Shown here piece after piece: positions 36,330-49,599 of a DNA stretch of 64,000 nt. Below the pieces are notes generated by a model. The model had not been told where the DNA came from, did not search any database, and saw only the letters and a program-made list of their open reading frames with translations. The first letter of the stretch is position 1, and each line of letters starts with the position of its first letter. Origin of the DNA: Squalus acanthias (Eukaryota); assembly GCA_030390025.1 (NCBI GenBank), contig CM059425.1:178500001-178564000 (forward strand), read 5' to 3'. The position numbers were made by a program, and so were the translations under genes.

Positions 36330-38560
36330 GTTTGGTATTGTTCCTATCATAAATCGATCGAGGCAACTGTAACTCGTTTAGTTGATCTTGCTTGTTACAA
36401 ACGAGTGATCGGGGTTCCAAAGAAAATGCAAAGAACACACGTTTTAAAAAGCCCATAAAAAGTCCTGGCGCACTCTCTTTCGAGGGTCGCTTCATTTTGG
36501 TATGCATTCGCGTTACAAAAAAAAATTGCCCATCCAAATCCCTTTCCAGATCTCGAAATCAATAATGGAACCTTGAATCTGGAGAGATAACGAGTATTGC
36601 TATGACGCAATTCAGTCTCTTCAGCATAGTGGCTTTAATGATTGAACAAGGTTCTAAATTAGCTAGCAACAGTCTTTAGATGATTCGATCTAGTTTTCGA
36701 AACATGTTGCATCAACTGAAAGCATATGAAGCTCTAAACCTGTACTTACTCCAAGCAACTCAGACTTCTGTACACGGCTTAACCGATATTAAATGTTGTA
36801 TTAACAGCAGATACAGGAGTCAATCTAGTTTGATCCAGAAGGGTAGAATCCTGTTTTAGGCTGCATTTCCCCAAGAGCACGTGTCGTTGGTCTATATTTA
36901 ATGTTTACATTTGTCTTTTCCCTATTCCATTTGTGTGGTAACCAGTACAGTATTAAACAAACTGTCGGATGCAAGGAACCGGCAGAATATTTGGTTATTA
37001 CTTCTACCTATTGAGTAGTCTGTTGAAACTCAGTATCCATCGGTACAAGTGTATTTTAGTCCAGAGTAAGACCAGAGTAATTCGTCGCACCACTGAGCTA
37101 CACAAAATTACTGCAAACCTGTTAACTTGGGATTTGCAGCAATAGACTGCGGATCGATTTATCACAGTTCTGTCCTTCTCTCCCCTCCTCCCGCGGATAC
37201 GTGTCAATTTTACATCAGTTTCACAAGTTCGAACAGTGCTCCAAGGAGTTTTATAGTATTTAGAACTGGAAACTTTTTAACAATCAACTCCGAAGAACTT
37301 GGAAAAAAGGCTGACGAAATAAATCCAGAAATGTCTACAAGAAACATGTAATAGTTTTTTTTAAAAGACATGAAAGGGATAGTACAGCTATCAATGTTTC
37401 ATTAATCTCCCTCCGCGTTGCAGTTTCACCAGATGAAGCCGATTCAAATTAATCTGAATAGTATTTGGAAAAAGAGACCAGCTTAGGTCATCTAGTCGGG
37501 TTAACTGTTGACACCATCCCAGCCACTGTGATTTTTAATGAGGCAATCCTGTAAAGGATGCGTTTTGCGGACAGTGAAAGGATGGGGTCGAGCGGACTCA
37601 GTGGAGCTGAAGCGTGCAATGAGTATCCTCCTTGTTTTACTGTTTGGACTACACTGATGAATGAAGAGTATCAAGGTTTACGAAACATAATTATTTATTT
37701 AGTTTTCTTATTGTGCAAAAACAATGTGTAAACAGGATTAAGGTGATGTAATGTCGTTCTTATTTCTGATAACAACCAGGCCTTAAAACACAGGTTTTTT
37801 TCTCCCCTCCTTTCTCAATAATTAATGAGTGAACCAGTCACAGCAGCTTTTTTTTGTTCTTGGTGCTTAACTGCGACCTTCCACCGCTGCTTTCAGTCTT
37901 GGGAGGTTTGGGACTTTCGTGCTATTCACGTTCAGAAAAAAGCCGCCCAGCAAAGCAGCAAACAAAGGAAGCGGCAGCGCCCAGTGCTGCAAACCAAGCA
38001 CGTTTACCGCCTCGAACGAGTGCTGTCTTCCCAGCGAGGCCCTCCCATTGCAAGTGCTGTCACATTCCACCCAGCACTGCGCCGAGAGTGACAACTTGGA
38101 TCAGATGAAACATATTGAAAGATGGTGTTGGTTTGTAAACAATCAAAAATTAACATATGAAAAGGGCCTTCAGAAACATTTCCTACTCAAATAAATTCTT
38201 GCTCAGCACACAGGCGACTTGAGAAAACGATTGGGCTTCAGTGATGCGGCAGGAGCTCGTGTGTAAGGCGGAATAAGACTTATTGTGATAAGTGAAACAC
38301 TTATTACCCGTTATGATTTGCGACCGCACTCCACGCCTGTGGGAACAGTTCACACAGCTGAAGTGTAGATAGTGCGAGTGGGATAAAGAGTCCAGAAAGG
38401 ACATGGCACTGGTGGCGGGATGTTACCACCGCAATTCTTTTAGGAGTCTCTAAGACACAGAACCCTCAAATCTTACAACACTGAGTGAGTTCTGCAAGCT
38501 TTTGGAGGAGGGGGGGGGGGTCCGTTTTAGATGGGGTAGTACTTTCTCTTCCCTCCTCAA
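36330..38560. promoter_or_regulatory. CpG-enriched unique region, possible alternative promoter
   Basis: Visibly more CpG than the flanks, no TE homology seen; minus-strand donor-like GA|GTAAGT near 36750. Confidence 0.35.
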
Positions 38561-38684
38561 CGCCAGTTATTCAAGAACCACCGTCCCTGATATACTGCAG
38601 AACCGATTTGTGTTAATGAATGTGGAGTGGGGTGCTGCTCGCACTGGTGGCAACTGAAACTGCATGTGTGTAGTTTGGTCTGGC

Positions 38685-39062
38685 ACCAGCTCAATTTTAA
38701 AATTTTCATCCTTGTTTTCAATTCCCTCCATGGCCTCCTCCAGCCCTACAACAACGCCCCCAGGTCTCTGCACTCTTTCAATTCTGGCCTCTTGCAGATC
38801 ACCGGTTTTAATCGCTCCACCATTGGTGGCCGTGCCTGCAGCTATCTAGGTCTTAATCTCTGGAATTCCCTCCCTAAACCTCGCCATCTCTCTCTCCTCT
38901 AAGACGCTCCTTAAAACCTACCTCTTTGACCAAGCTTTTGGTCACCTGTCTTAATATCCCCTTAAGTGGCTCAGTGTTACATTTTGTTTGATAACACTCC
39001 TGTGAAGTGCCTTAGGACATTTTACTATGTGAAAGCCGCTATATAAAGGCAAGTTGTTGTTG
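38685..39062 (+). mobile_element. L2 LINE 3' end
   Basis: NFKIFILVFNSLHGL...RSTIGGRA...LWNSLP; (TTG)n tail. Confidence 0.85.
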
Positions 39063-39899
39063 GTAAGTCGTGAGCAAGAATTTCATATTCTGGTCTCACC
39101 CCCTTCTATATATATATATAGCCTATAGCCAGGTAGAAAAGGGCATTTATAGTCAATGGCAATGTGAATCTGCTGCTGCATCGAACAAGCAACCCTTGAA
39201 GTGGTGTTCTGGAGGCACCAGAGCCGCCACCTCACTGACATTACAGAGCTGCTGCTGGCCAGACACCCCAGCAAATTATTTTCATTTTTTACTAGTGGGA
39301 TGTGATTTCCTTCAGGCATTGAAAATACTAATAGCACGTCAAGTAAAGCTGCTTTGATGTTGGCCTTGTTTTTCATTTGGATCCTGGGAGACTGGCACTT
39401 GGTGAGCCTGCTCCTGTTTTTACGCTGGCAAATCTGAACTTGCTGTTAGGACCTGGCTTAGTTGTGTCAACTGCTGGTGGCCAGACTTGGTGGCTACACG
39501 ACTGACTCCTAGAAACTGAATTCAAACAAAGCAGCTATAAAAGCTTAAATCCTTCATAAAAAGAAACAACACCAAGGCAAACAATTTATTAACCTGCGGT
39601 TACTTCCTGTCCTCTGCACATCTGGCTCCCTAAACACATATTTTAGCTTATCCTCAAACATATTTACATGATAACCATGCTTTTATGCAAAGCACACTGT
39701 CTGATAAATAATTGATTAAGCAATGGAAATCCCAGATTATACTTTGCTTAATATCTGTTTACATAACTGTAATATCCAATTAGCATGCCAAAAGGCATTT
39801 TAGAATGGAGGCACAAGGAGGATCTATGTGGCCAGAAGACATCGGACCAAAAGGTCTCATATTACATTGGTCACTGTAAATGTAAACACTTTAACCCAC

Positions 39900-40270
39900 A
39901 GTAACCAATGTATCCAGTGAGTAACTAAGCTGTATAGACCATGTAGGCCCTAGGTTCAATGTCTGGTCTAAGTGACTCAGCTGATCTCAGCCAGTGAGGT
40001 GATCAGGATGCAATAGTTGGTCTCTGTGTGTCCCTGGGTGAAGTAGTCAGCTAGTGTTCCCACTCTAGATAACTATCCACTGAAAGTGCACCTGGGCATC
40101 AAGTGGACAGGGTCAGGCTTGGCTGCGCTGCTGCTGTAGTCAAACAGCTTTCTGACACTCACCGTTAAAGCTCACACACGAATAATGGACACTTGAGCAA
40201 GGTATCAGAGTGCCTCTGGTACAATATTCCAGCAAGGAGTTTACACCTTCATTAGAGGAAGAAAGGGATT
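39900..40270 (+). mobile_element. Family S SINE-like copy (most complete)
   Basis: B-box-like GGTTCAATG at ~39953, then CAGCTGATCTCAGCCAG...CTCACACACGAATAATGG...CCTTCATTAGAGG. Confidence 0.6.
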
Positions 40271-40367
40271 TTTTTTGAAATACTGCAGCAACTGTTTGTG
40301 CAGAGCTACATTGCTTCTAGTACATGAACATAAAGCAAGTCTACGAGCATTTCCCTAGTTACAGCAG

Positions 40368-40468
40368 GGGGAGGTTTCCTCTGTGCATCAACTGTGGCAA
40401 AATCAAAAGCATTTACAAAGAACACTTTATAATTTTGCTACAGCTAGCACACAAAGGAAATCTTCTCC
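40368..40468. mobile_element. ~100-bp palindromic MITE (Harbinger-like ends)
   Basis: GGGGAGGTTTCCTCTGTGCATCAACTGTGGCAAAAT pairs with ATTTTGCTACAGCTAGCACACAAAGGAAATCTTCTCC; CAG on both flanks. Confidence 0.6.
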
Positions 40469-42019
40469 CAGTATCCACATTCAGATGGCTGCATCAACAG
40501 AAAGTGAAATTTTGCACAAAACATAAATAAAATTTTGACAACCAATGCAGACCTTATCAAGTTGAGTAGAAGGTAAAGCAGACTTCAAGCAGTCACTTCA
40601 TGTTTCATACCTCCTTACACTGCTGACATTTAAACTGTCTCCACACTTTTCCAGCTCAAAGAAACCTGTTTTCTGCTCGGGCAATTACAGGATGATTTTT
40701 TGAGCTGGCTCTCGGGATGCCTTTAGATCCCAAGTGGTTACTAGAAATGAAGGTTAGAAATGTTGATTCATTTAAAATTCAAGTCATACTCAGCCTCGCT
40801 CCTCAGAAATTCAGATTACCTGATGTTCAAATCCTGATACCCCACCCAACAAAAACACAGCCAATGCACAAAGGGTTAGTTAGGGTTTCTAGAGAAAATC
40901 ATCGCAAAACAGCACCAGCTTCAAGACTACAAAGGATGAAGTAGTTGATAGATTTCTCCCACCCCCCAGACAAAACACAACCACTGAAATTAGATTACCA
41001 TCTGCAAGGCAAATCTTCCTTGAAAAAGAGAGACTTGCCAGCTTCCAGGTACCAATATTAGAAGCCTGAGAAATATGGAAGTATACAAGCAAGCATTTAG
41101 TGCTTTAGTGCCAATATGGTGGGTGTCATTTATGTGAACAATAGACCAAAAAATGGCTAACTGCCCCAGTGTACATGCATGAGGGGCTGCTATCAATGGA
41201 TTAAGGGACACATCTATCTTAATCTTCCAATGTTTAAATTTTTCTGAGAACGTCCAATTCAGATTGATTACAAATCAAAATTCAGATCAGCACTTAAACC
41301 CAGTGTGAACTATCGCAGGGGTAAAACGTCACCTCAAAAACCACAGATTATGTGCAGATTGAATTATTAATTGCAGGCTCCGCTCTCCTCTTCACTAACT
41401 TTTGTGTCACTCAGTAATTGATGGATTTATGATGGAGCAAAGGTTCTAGCTCCTCGCAACCATGACAACCTTTTAACTCTATAATTGCCACACTTCAGAG
41501 GCTGCACCAATTCTCTGGATGAGCTTACTTATATCTAGTCAGTTTGCGGATCTGACATATTCAGAGGTCAGGCAGAGCGTCTTCTGCAACTCATAAACCA
41601 GAATGATTTTAATGTAAACAGGGATACTTGTCTGTAGTATTAAATGCTGACACCTAGGACTAGATTTTCTGGTTGGTGTTAACTCATCTATTTTAAACAG
41701 GTTAGAACTGTCGTTGAAATAGCACTGATCAGAAAATTTAGGGTCCAGTGTCTGAATGAAGCAATCAAGCTGCTTATTATAGTGTTATGGATGTTGCAAA
41801 TTGGAAGTGAGCTGAAGCCTAGCTGAGTCAGATGGACTAAATCTGAACTTAAAAAAAATTTAAACCTAAAGTCAGGAGCAACTTGCATGTACCAACAGAA
41901 ATATATCCTGAAAGAACCACAATAAATCCTGTGTGATTTCATTACTGGACATTTTCAAACTGTCAAAAGATAATTGTTTTATTTTTCAGTTCCCTGCTCT
42001 TTTCTTACTTAAAACTCAG

Positions 42020-42500
42020 TGGAGTCAATTTCAATTTGTTTCGCCTGGCGTTAATGTGACTGAGCGGCAAAAGCACTGGCTTGTTTCAGATGACAGGCCT
42101 CTTTTAACATGCAATGCTGGGTCCAAGAACCCTGACTGCCATTTTAGGTTGGAACCGGAACGTGTGCCATGCAAACCTCGATCAGTTCCACAGGCAATAG
42201 ACCTGAAGAGGCCCAGAAAAGGTAAGTTTTCAATTATTTTTGCGTGACCCGGAGCAGCAGGAGTGTTCCTCTGAGGCCCACAAAAATAATCTGGGCTGCT
42301 GCCGCCCTGGAACCCTCTGTGATCATAACCCGCCCCCGCCACCATATCCACCCCGCCCTCCACACTTACCTTGCTGGTGGCCAGGGCAACCCCGCTATTG
42401 GCCAGCCTTAATCCAGCATGTTTCATCAGGACCCCAATGGGGGTGATAGTCTTTAATGGTAGCCCAAAACTGGTGATCACGAACCGGCAGCCCACTTTAA
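42020..42500. mobile_element. GC-rich repeat relic, probably a decayed non-autonomous DNA transposon
   Basis: GC-rich block with AAGGTAAGT at ~42219 and CACTTACCTT at ~42363, as in the other MITEs; TIRs not resolvable. Confidence 0.35.
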
Positions 42501-42559
42501 AAATAAGTTGTGATAACTGGACTTTCCTGATGGTTTCATGGATAGATTCACTGCATGGC

Positions 42560-43650
42560 GTGCTACTGAGCCACAAAGAACAGGACTGCCCCACATTCAG
42601 TACCTGATATGTGTTCAATTATCTGATCTAGTCAGTCTGGTGGTTGTAGTGTTACTATTGGTATCAGTCTGTTGGCTGCAGCAAGGAAGGGGAGGTGTGG
42701 GGGGAAGTCAGCCAAGGTTCCACACATGATCATCAGCCAGTGACCTCTGCTGCGAAGTCCTTGGGCCTGAAATTTGGCACCTTAGCACGGCTGTTAAGGC
42801 CGGTTTTGTGGAAAAAATTGCGACTGCCTCACTTCCGCCCACTTCCAGCACGGGCTGCGCAGGATGCCATATTGGTGAGGGTAAAAAAAGAGCTGTCGTT
42901 TAGCTTCGTCTGAAGCAGGCGTTAGCCCATTAACATATTCAAATAAGGGGCCGAACGCCTGCTTCTGCTCTCTTTTGCAAATTTGGCTTGTGCCTGAGGC
43001 AGCCAACGCCAGTGATGTTTACTCCCGGGAAAACAAACATTAAACAGCGCCAAGTGAAAAAAAGGTAAGTACTTACCAATTTCATCTCTGACTTCATTCC
43101 TGACTCTGACCTCCAGGCCCTCTCTGATATGCCCCCGATCCTGGCCCCGACCTCCAGGTCCCCCCGATGCTGGCCCTGAGTCCTGACCTCTCCCCATCCC
43201 AATGCTGGCCATGACCTCCTCCCCCCGATCCTGGTCCTGAGGCCCGACCTCCTCCCGCCGATCCTAGCCCCGAGTCCCGACCTCTCCCAGAGTCTTTGCT
43301 GGGCATTCAGCGTTGGCCTGAACGCCACAATAATCATAATCAGCAAGCAGCACTAAAATAACGGCACTGCCTGGGATCTTTTTACGGGTGCGAGTAAGCC
43401 TCGCCCAGTGGTGGCACCCCCCACCCCCCTTTGGGCTTTATCGGATTTCTAGGCCCTTATGTGTGGCCATTAGGTGAGAGTGTGATTGGCTTCAGTGGTG
43501 ATGGTTCCCCCACCCTCAACATTCATTGTCTGCAATCCCATATCACCTGCCCTTTGGGCAAAGTATCAGAGGGCTGGTGATGCCTATGGAATTGGAGCCA
43601 GCAAGGGTTCCCTCCCCATCAAGTGGGAAGAAAATTGGGAGGTTGGGGTA
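42560..43650 (+). mobile_element. Family S SINE-like copy split by a MITE
   Basis: CAGCCAAGGTTCC...CAGTGACCTCTGCTG before 42762 continues as TGTGTGGCCATTAGGTGAG...GGGCAAAGTATCAGAGGGC after 43457. Confidence 0.55.
42763..43456. mobile_element. PIF/Harbinger-like MITE (family H2)
   Basis: Ends GGGCCTGAAATT / GATTTCTAGGCCC; right flank TTA, left flank TT; internal CCCGA(T/C)C-rich degenerate tandem array at ~43110-43290. Confidence 0.7.
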
Positions 43651-43804
43651 AGAATGGAAATATTAGAAATCAATCCGAATCGACGTGTACCAGACCCATT
43701 TTCAGGCAACGTGCACTTTGGTAAGTGCTAATATTTATAGAAATTATAACAAATAACGTTCATGATTGGAGTTGGAGTTCATGTCAGTCCTTTCAAAGTA
43801 TCAA

Positions 43805-45075
43805 TTTTTTTATTCGTTCATGGGATGTGGGCGTCGCTGGCAAGGCCAACATTTATTGCCCATCCCTAGTTGCCCTTGAGAAGGTGGTGGTGAGCCTCCT
43901 TCTTGAACCGCTGCAGTCCGTGTGGTGAAGGTTCTCCCACAGTGCTGTTAGGGAGGGAGTTCCAGGATTTTGACTCAGGAACGATGAAGGAACAGCGATA
44001 TATTCCCAAGTCAGGATGGTGTGTGACTTAGAGGGGAACTTGCAGGTGATGGTGTTCGCATGCACCTGCTGCCCTTGTCCTTCTAGGTGGTAGAGGTCGC
44101 GGGTTTGGGAGGTGCTGCCGAAGAAGCCTTGGCGAGTTGCTGCAGTGCATCTTGTAGATGGTACACACTGCAGCCATGTGCGCCGGTGGTGGAGGGAGTG
44201 AATGTTTGAGGTGGTAAGTGGGGTGCCAATCAAGCGGGCTGCTTTGTCCTGGATGTTGTCGAGCTTCTTGAGCATTGTTGGAGCTGCACTCATCCAGGCA
44301 AGTGGAGAGTATTCCATCACACTCCTGACTTGTGCCTTGTAGATGGTGGAAAGGCTTTGGGGAGTCAGGAGGTGAGACCCTCACCGCAGAATACCCAGCC
44401 TCTGACCTGCTCTTGTAGCCACAGTATTTATGTGGCTGGTCCAGTTAGGTATCCGGTCAATTGTGACTCCCAGGATGTTGATGGTGGGGGATTCTGTCAG
44501 TGGTAATGCCATTGAATGTCACGGGGTAGTGGTTAGACTCTCTTGTCAGAGAGAGTCATTGCCTGGCACTTGTGTGGCGCGAATGTTACTTGCCACTTAT
44601 CAGCCCAAGCCTGAATGTTGTCCAGGTCTTGCTGCATGGGGAGTAAGTGTTGCTTGATAGCACTGTCGACGACACCTTCCATCACTTTGCTGATGATTGA
44701 GAGTAGACTGATGGGGCGGTAATTGCCGGATCGGATTTGTCCGGCTTTTTGTGGACTGGGCATACTTGGGCAATTTTCCATATTTTTGGGTAGATGCCAG
44801 TGTTGTAGCTGTACTGGAACAGCTAGAGGTGTGGCTAGTTTTGGAGCACAAGTCTTCAGCACGACAGCCAGGATGTTGTTGGAGCCCAGAGCCTTTGCTG
44901 TATCCAGTGCACTCAGCCATTTCTTGATATCACGTGGAGTGAATCGAATTGGCTGAAGACTGGCTTCATGTGATTTTGGGGACCTCAGGAGGAGGCCGAG
45001 ATGGATCATCCACTCGGCACTTCTGGCTGAAGATGGTTGCGAACGCTTCAGTATTGTCTTTTGCACCCACATGAT
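43805..45075 (-). mobile_element. Divergent CR1-group LINE 3' part with internal deletion of the RT core
   Basis: NYRPISLLSIISKVMEG...AIKQHLL fused directly to MQQDLDNIQAWADKWQ; poly(A) tail (T-run at 43805); homologous to 53910-55310. Confidence 0.88.
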
Positions 45076-45099
45076 GGAAGTGTACATTCATAATACTGT

Positions 45100-45250
45100 A
45101 ATGATCTTTATATAGCTCCTTTCACAGTGAAACATCTCAAAGCGCACCAACAAATTACTTTTCTGAATTGCAGTTATTTATGTAGACAAACACGACAGCC
45201 ATTCTGCAGCTTGTGCACAACAAATCCCTTGTTATTGTTGTAATGTAATT
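45100..45250 (-). mobile_element. Deu-type SINE tail fragment
   Basis: TTTATATAGCTCCTTTCAC...CAAAGCGC...TGTGCACAACAAATCCC matches 22850-23125. Confidence 0.5.
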
Positions 45251-48200
45251 TTTTTGGATCTAAGAAGATGTTAGGATAGAATCAACATCTTCAACCTTTT
45301 ATAGCACTGCGCTTCAGTGCCAAGAGTCCCTGCAAGCAGCTGCAGTACATAGGCTCAAACATTAGAGGGCAGTGTGTCCGCTAGCAGAATCTAACCAAAG
45401 TATTACAAATCCCTTCCCCCTCTCTTTTCATTTACTGTTTCCAATTCTCAAGGTCTACATTTTATTAACAGCTACAAGTGTAACTAACATTGTCTGACAT
45501 CTTTAATGTGAATAGCACCAATTGAGAAATTTCCTGTTTCACTCGTAACCTGCAAAGCATTGAAACACATCCTTGACAGGCGTATTCTTTACAACAATCT
45601 GGGGAATTGTGTTTTTGCAGTTGCCTTTATGATTAAGAGAGACCCTGCTCCAGCATAGAATTCTGTAAAGTTTGCAATTTTCATGTACTGGTTAGGCAGA
45701 CATATCAGACAGAGCAGACCACAGAATATTCAATGCTGTGCTGCCCTAATATATGTTCCCTTTCTCTTTTTTCCCCAATACCCAAAGACATTGGATACTA
45801 GCACCAGTACAGATTCACAAGTGTCAGTTGCTCTGTGGCCATTAATCAAATGTGCACCCTGACAGCAAGCATTGGCATGGCATTTGACCAAGGGAGGCAT
45901 CACATCTGAGCCCAATCCAGTCCCCACCCCATGCATGACCAAACACGATGAACCCTTTCAGATTTTCCTCTTCCTAATTCAGGGGCATTGAAGCCAACTC
46001 AGCTTCAACTAGGCAATTAGCCTTCACATCTTCAAAGGGCATACGGCTTAATTTATAAAGGAAGCCATTTGTGCTTTGCACTGTTCAAACTAAATTAGAT
46101 CTTCTGAACTACTATACCTTTTAACTTACCATAAAATCCGACCTTTAAAAAAAAATGATACTTCTATTATTGGATTGCTACTTGAGTATCTTCCATTTTG
46201 AGTAGCCCAGATAATGTGGACTTCACCATGCTTAAGCAAAATTTGTACAAGAAGCTGTCTATGTAATGCAATTTTATTAATGGATTCAGGGCTGATTTAA
46301 AAAAAAAGACAACACAGAAGTAAAAATGCTGCTGATAACTGATCTTAGTGGTTAGTGGCCAGCCATTTATCTGCTATCCCCTTGTTAGTGTTGTCGATGG
46401 CTGCATTTAGTTATCTCACTTATTTTTTTTTGTTAAAAGCCCACAAGGTTGATTTTATAATTTGCAGGAAAACTAGTGATTTTTCTTTCAGTTGTACCAT
46501 CTTTTTGTGACCTATATTTTACACCTACTGTGCTGGACAGGAACTACACTAGTTACAGCATTTGCAATACCAACTCAAGTGCATAGCACTTAAAAAAATG
46601 TGTTTAAAGATTTCTGGTGCCGTGACTTTGCAGCATCTCACACACAGATGGGGTGAATTCTTTCATTTTGCCAGTGAATTGGTTCTAGTTCATTATGTGA
46701 TTAAAATTCTCACTCAGTGGGATGTTAAAATGCTTTGCTCTGCTGCTGAGGATTCTGCCTGTTGATGTTTGGTAAATCTGATTTAGCGATGCTTGCATTT
46801 GATTAAAAGTGGTCTGGTGCCAAAATGTAGCATTTAACAAATGAACAAAGTGCACACAGAGTCACAGAAGCTTTGACTAAATCTCATCCTCCTAGTGTTG
46901 CTTGGAAGAGAAGCCAAAAGTAGGCTTATTCAAAGACAAGGTACATAATAAGGTAAATTAATCACACTGCTGCTTGTCAAATAAACATAGTTCTAATATT
47001 AGACCATATGCTGCAATGTCATTATTACTAGTAAATGAAGCATCAAAGAAAAAATACTCAACAAAACAGAACATATGTTGACATTAGCCATTCATTTTCA
47101 CACATACAGTCCTGCTTTCAGAGTGCCATAAGACTTTCCTTCCATCTCTAGGCTGAAGAAGTAGTTTCTGCAGTCTTGCTGAAATGTTTACAGATGGCAC
47201 ATTCCCCAGTGCTGTCTGTCGGGGTGCAGTACCGACACTCAGCAGTACTCTTGCAATTTTATGTAACAAGCAAACAAAACTAACAAGTTTCCTATAACTA
47301 ATAATTAAAAGGAAATGCATTTCCCACTGAAGATGTTAATGTGGGGTGGGGGGGGGGAGAGAAGAATCCCACAGGGGAGCATGAAGGAAAGCTGCTTCGC
47401 AAAACAATGTAAATATCAAGTTCTTCCGAAAGAAGATTTTTTTAAGTACCCATGAAACACATCTGAATTTCAAAACTGTCTATTGTTTGTATTCAACAAA
47501 TCATAAGGAAGTCAAAACAGTCTGAAGGTAAAGCTGACAGCTTTAGGCACCTCATTCAATGCAGCAAAGTATCGCTGCAAGAATCAGAACACAGACCCGA
47601 AAGATGTGCCTTACAGTCAAGTGCAGAGTAAAACAAAGATGTATCCAGCAATCATTAATTAAGCTTAGCAAACAGTTGCGAGCTTCAAATGAAGAAAGCA
47701 TTCAATACAGCTATCAGCTACACAAAAGCTCAACTTACTTTTTGATGATACAGCAGCAATGTTTTGTCTGTTCTGCTACATTTCAACACAAGCCCAAGTC
47801 CTTGTCGTGCAGGCTCACGAGCATTAGACAATCAGATTTGTGTAAGCAACATCTATGAGCATGACCAGCCTTTGATCCAGTAATGTTTCACTCATATCAG
47901 ATCACAACATTACAGTTCTTCTCCAAGCAGATCACAATGAAAGGATTACAAGGGCACATCTTATTGCACCACTGCAACCCAATACATTAGCACAATGCTA
48001 GGGTTGGTTAACACATTTCTCGCTAAAGTAACGTGATATCTCAAGCAGCACAATGCAACAGTCCCACCACCGGAGGGTCGCACCTTTGAATCCTTGTCTC
48101 GACTGACATTTGAACTCCGCTGGCCTTACTGGTTGCGGCAATTCTTGGTCAGGCCGCCAGATGGAGCACTGAACAAAAAGAGGGCAAAGGGAGGGAAAAC

Positions 48201-49599
48201 TGGAGGAACCAGCGAGCCCCACTCTTTCGGCAGAGCATGGGGAGGGGACTGGCTGCTGACGCTGTCACACTGTCACACAATCCTTTTCTGAGGGAAGAAT
48301 CATGATTCCTGGATCAGCATTGTGACAAGAACGTAAAAGTGTAGAAAATATAAACACCCTCTCGTGTACACAAACATCAACATACTCATACACACCTACG
48401 TTGCTCTGCTTAGCAAAATTAGGCAGTCTGTCACTCAGGAGTGGCCTATGGGAAAGCCACAGAGCAGTTTGATCAAAAAGCTGGGTTAACACTTCTAAGT
48501 GCCAGACACATCCATATGGAATATCTGTTTCCGGCATAAGGTTGCAATGAGAAAACATAGCATCTGCTGATGAATAATCATGAAAGCAAGACTGCCATTT
48601 GCAAATGCTCAATGCTGATTGGAGAGGCCATCATTTTACTCTACATGTGTCATTTGATAAATAAAAAGCTTCTGCTGCCCAAACTAACCATTACCAGTAA
48701 CATTTAGCAAATGAGAATCAAGTCTCTGTACCCAAAGTACACATGAGAGGCAGGTACAGAAGGAGCTCGGCTTCCTGAAACACTGAAGCTTTATTTAAAG
48801 TTCCACTGCTGCCAGAAAGGCTGGTGAGCATGTGGCCCTACTGTATTTCGAGCCATTCCCAAGACACTAAAACACTATCAGAGGCTTTGAAACTATGGAA
48901 ACTGAATAAGTAAGTAGCTTCCATGATTAATAGATGAAGATCCCTAGCTGAGCCATAACTCAAGACTGTAGGATCCACACGCACACAAAGCCAATTTGAA
49001 AGTGCAGATTTTCCCTGTTCAGTGATTGAAAGCTTTTCTGTGGTTCGACAGTCCTGACCACTATATCCATTTAACCTTTCACTACGCAAAAAGATAAAGA
49101 TGTGCTCGACTATACAAACAACGATCAGAGGTATATACCAGCTCAGGTCAATTTAATTCTGACACCAGTTTTGTGAAGGATGGGAGTTGGTCTCTGGAGA
49201 CCACTTCCATTCCAGTCAGGGTATCCCGCCTGACACACACACTTAAAATGCAGATTTCACCAACCTACTGCATATTGAGCATCTCTTAAAACGTGGTTCA
49301 TCTCTCCTTCACAACAGATAGACGATAGAAGCCAAGGAAACATCCCCTCCCCCCCCCCCCCCCCCCCCAATCCTGCATTAAATTTGCTCGGTGCCTGTGA
49401 TGTTATTCCACACAGCATTTTGCCTGCTAAAGCAGCTGTTGGACACTAACCCCTGGCCTGACCCCATGCTCCAGGCTTCAGAACACCCACCCCCAACTCC
49501 GAGAAGGACACTCCCGGACTCTTGTCATGCAGGGCAAGCAGATCGAGTCCTACACATTGCACAGCAGCTGGGCAACCAAACTTCTCTCTCTCTTTCCCT

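Noticed and set aside
42031..43346. 195-aa and 135-aa GC-rich ORFs
   Set aside because: They span MITE/SINE relics and degenerate tandem repeats; no transposase or Myb motifs.
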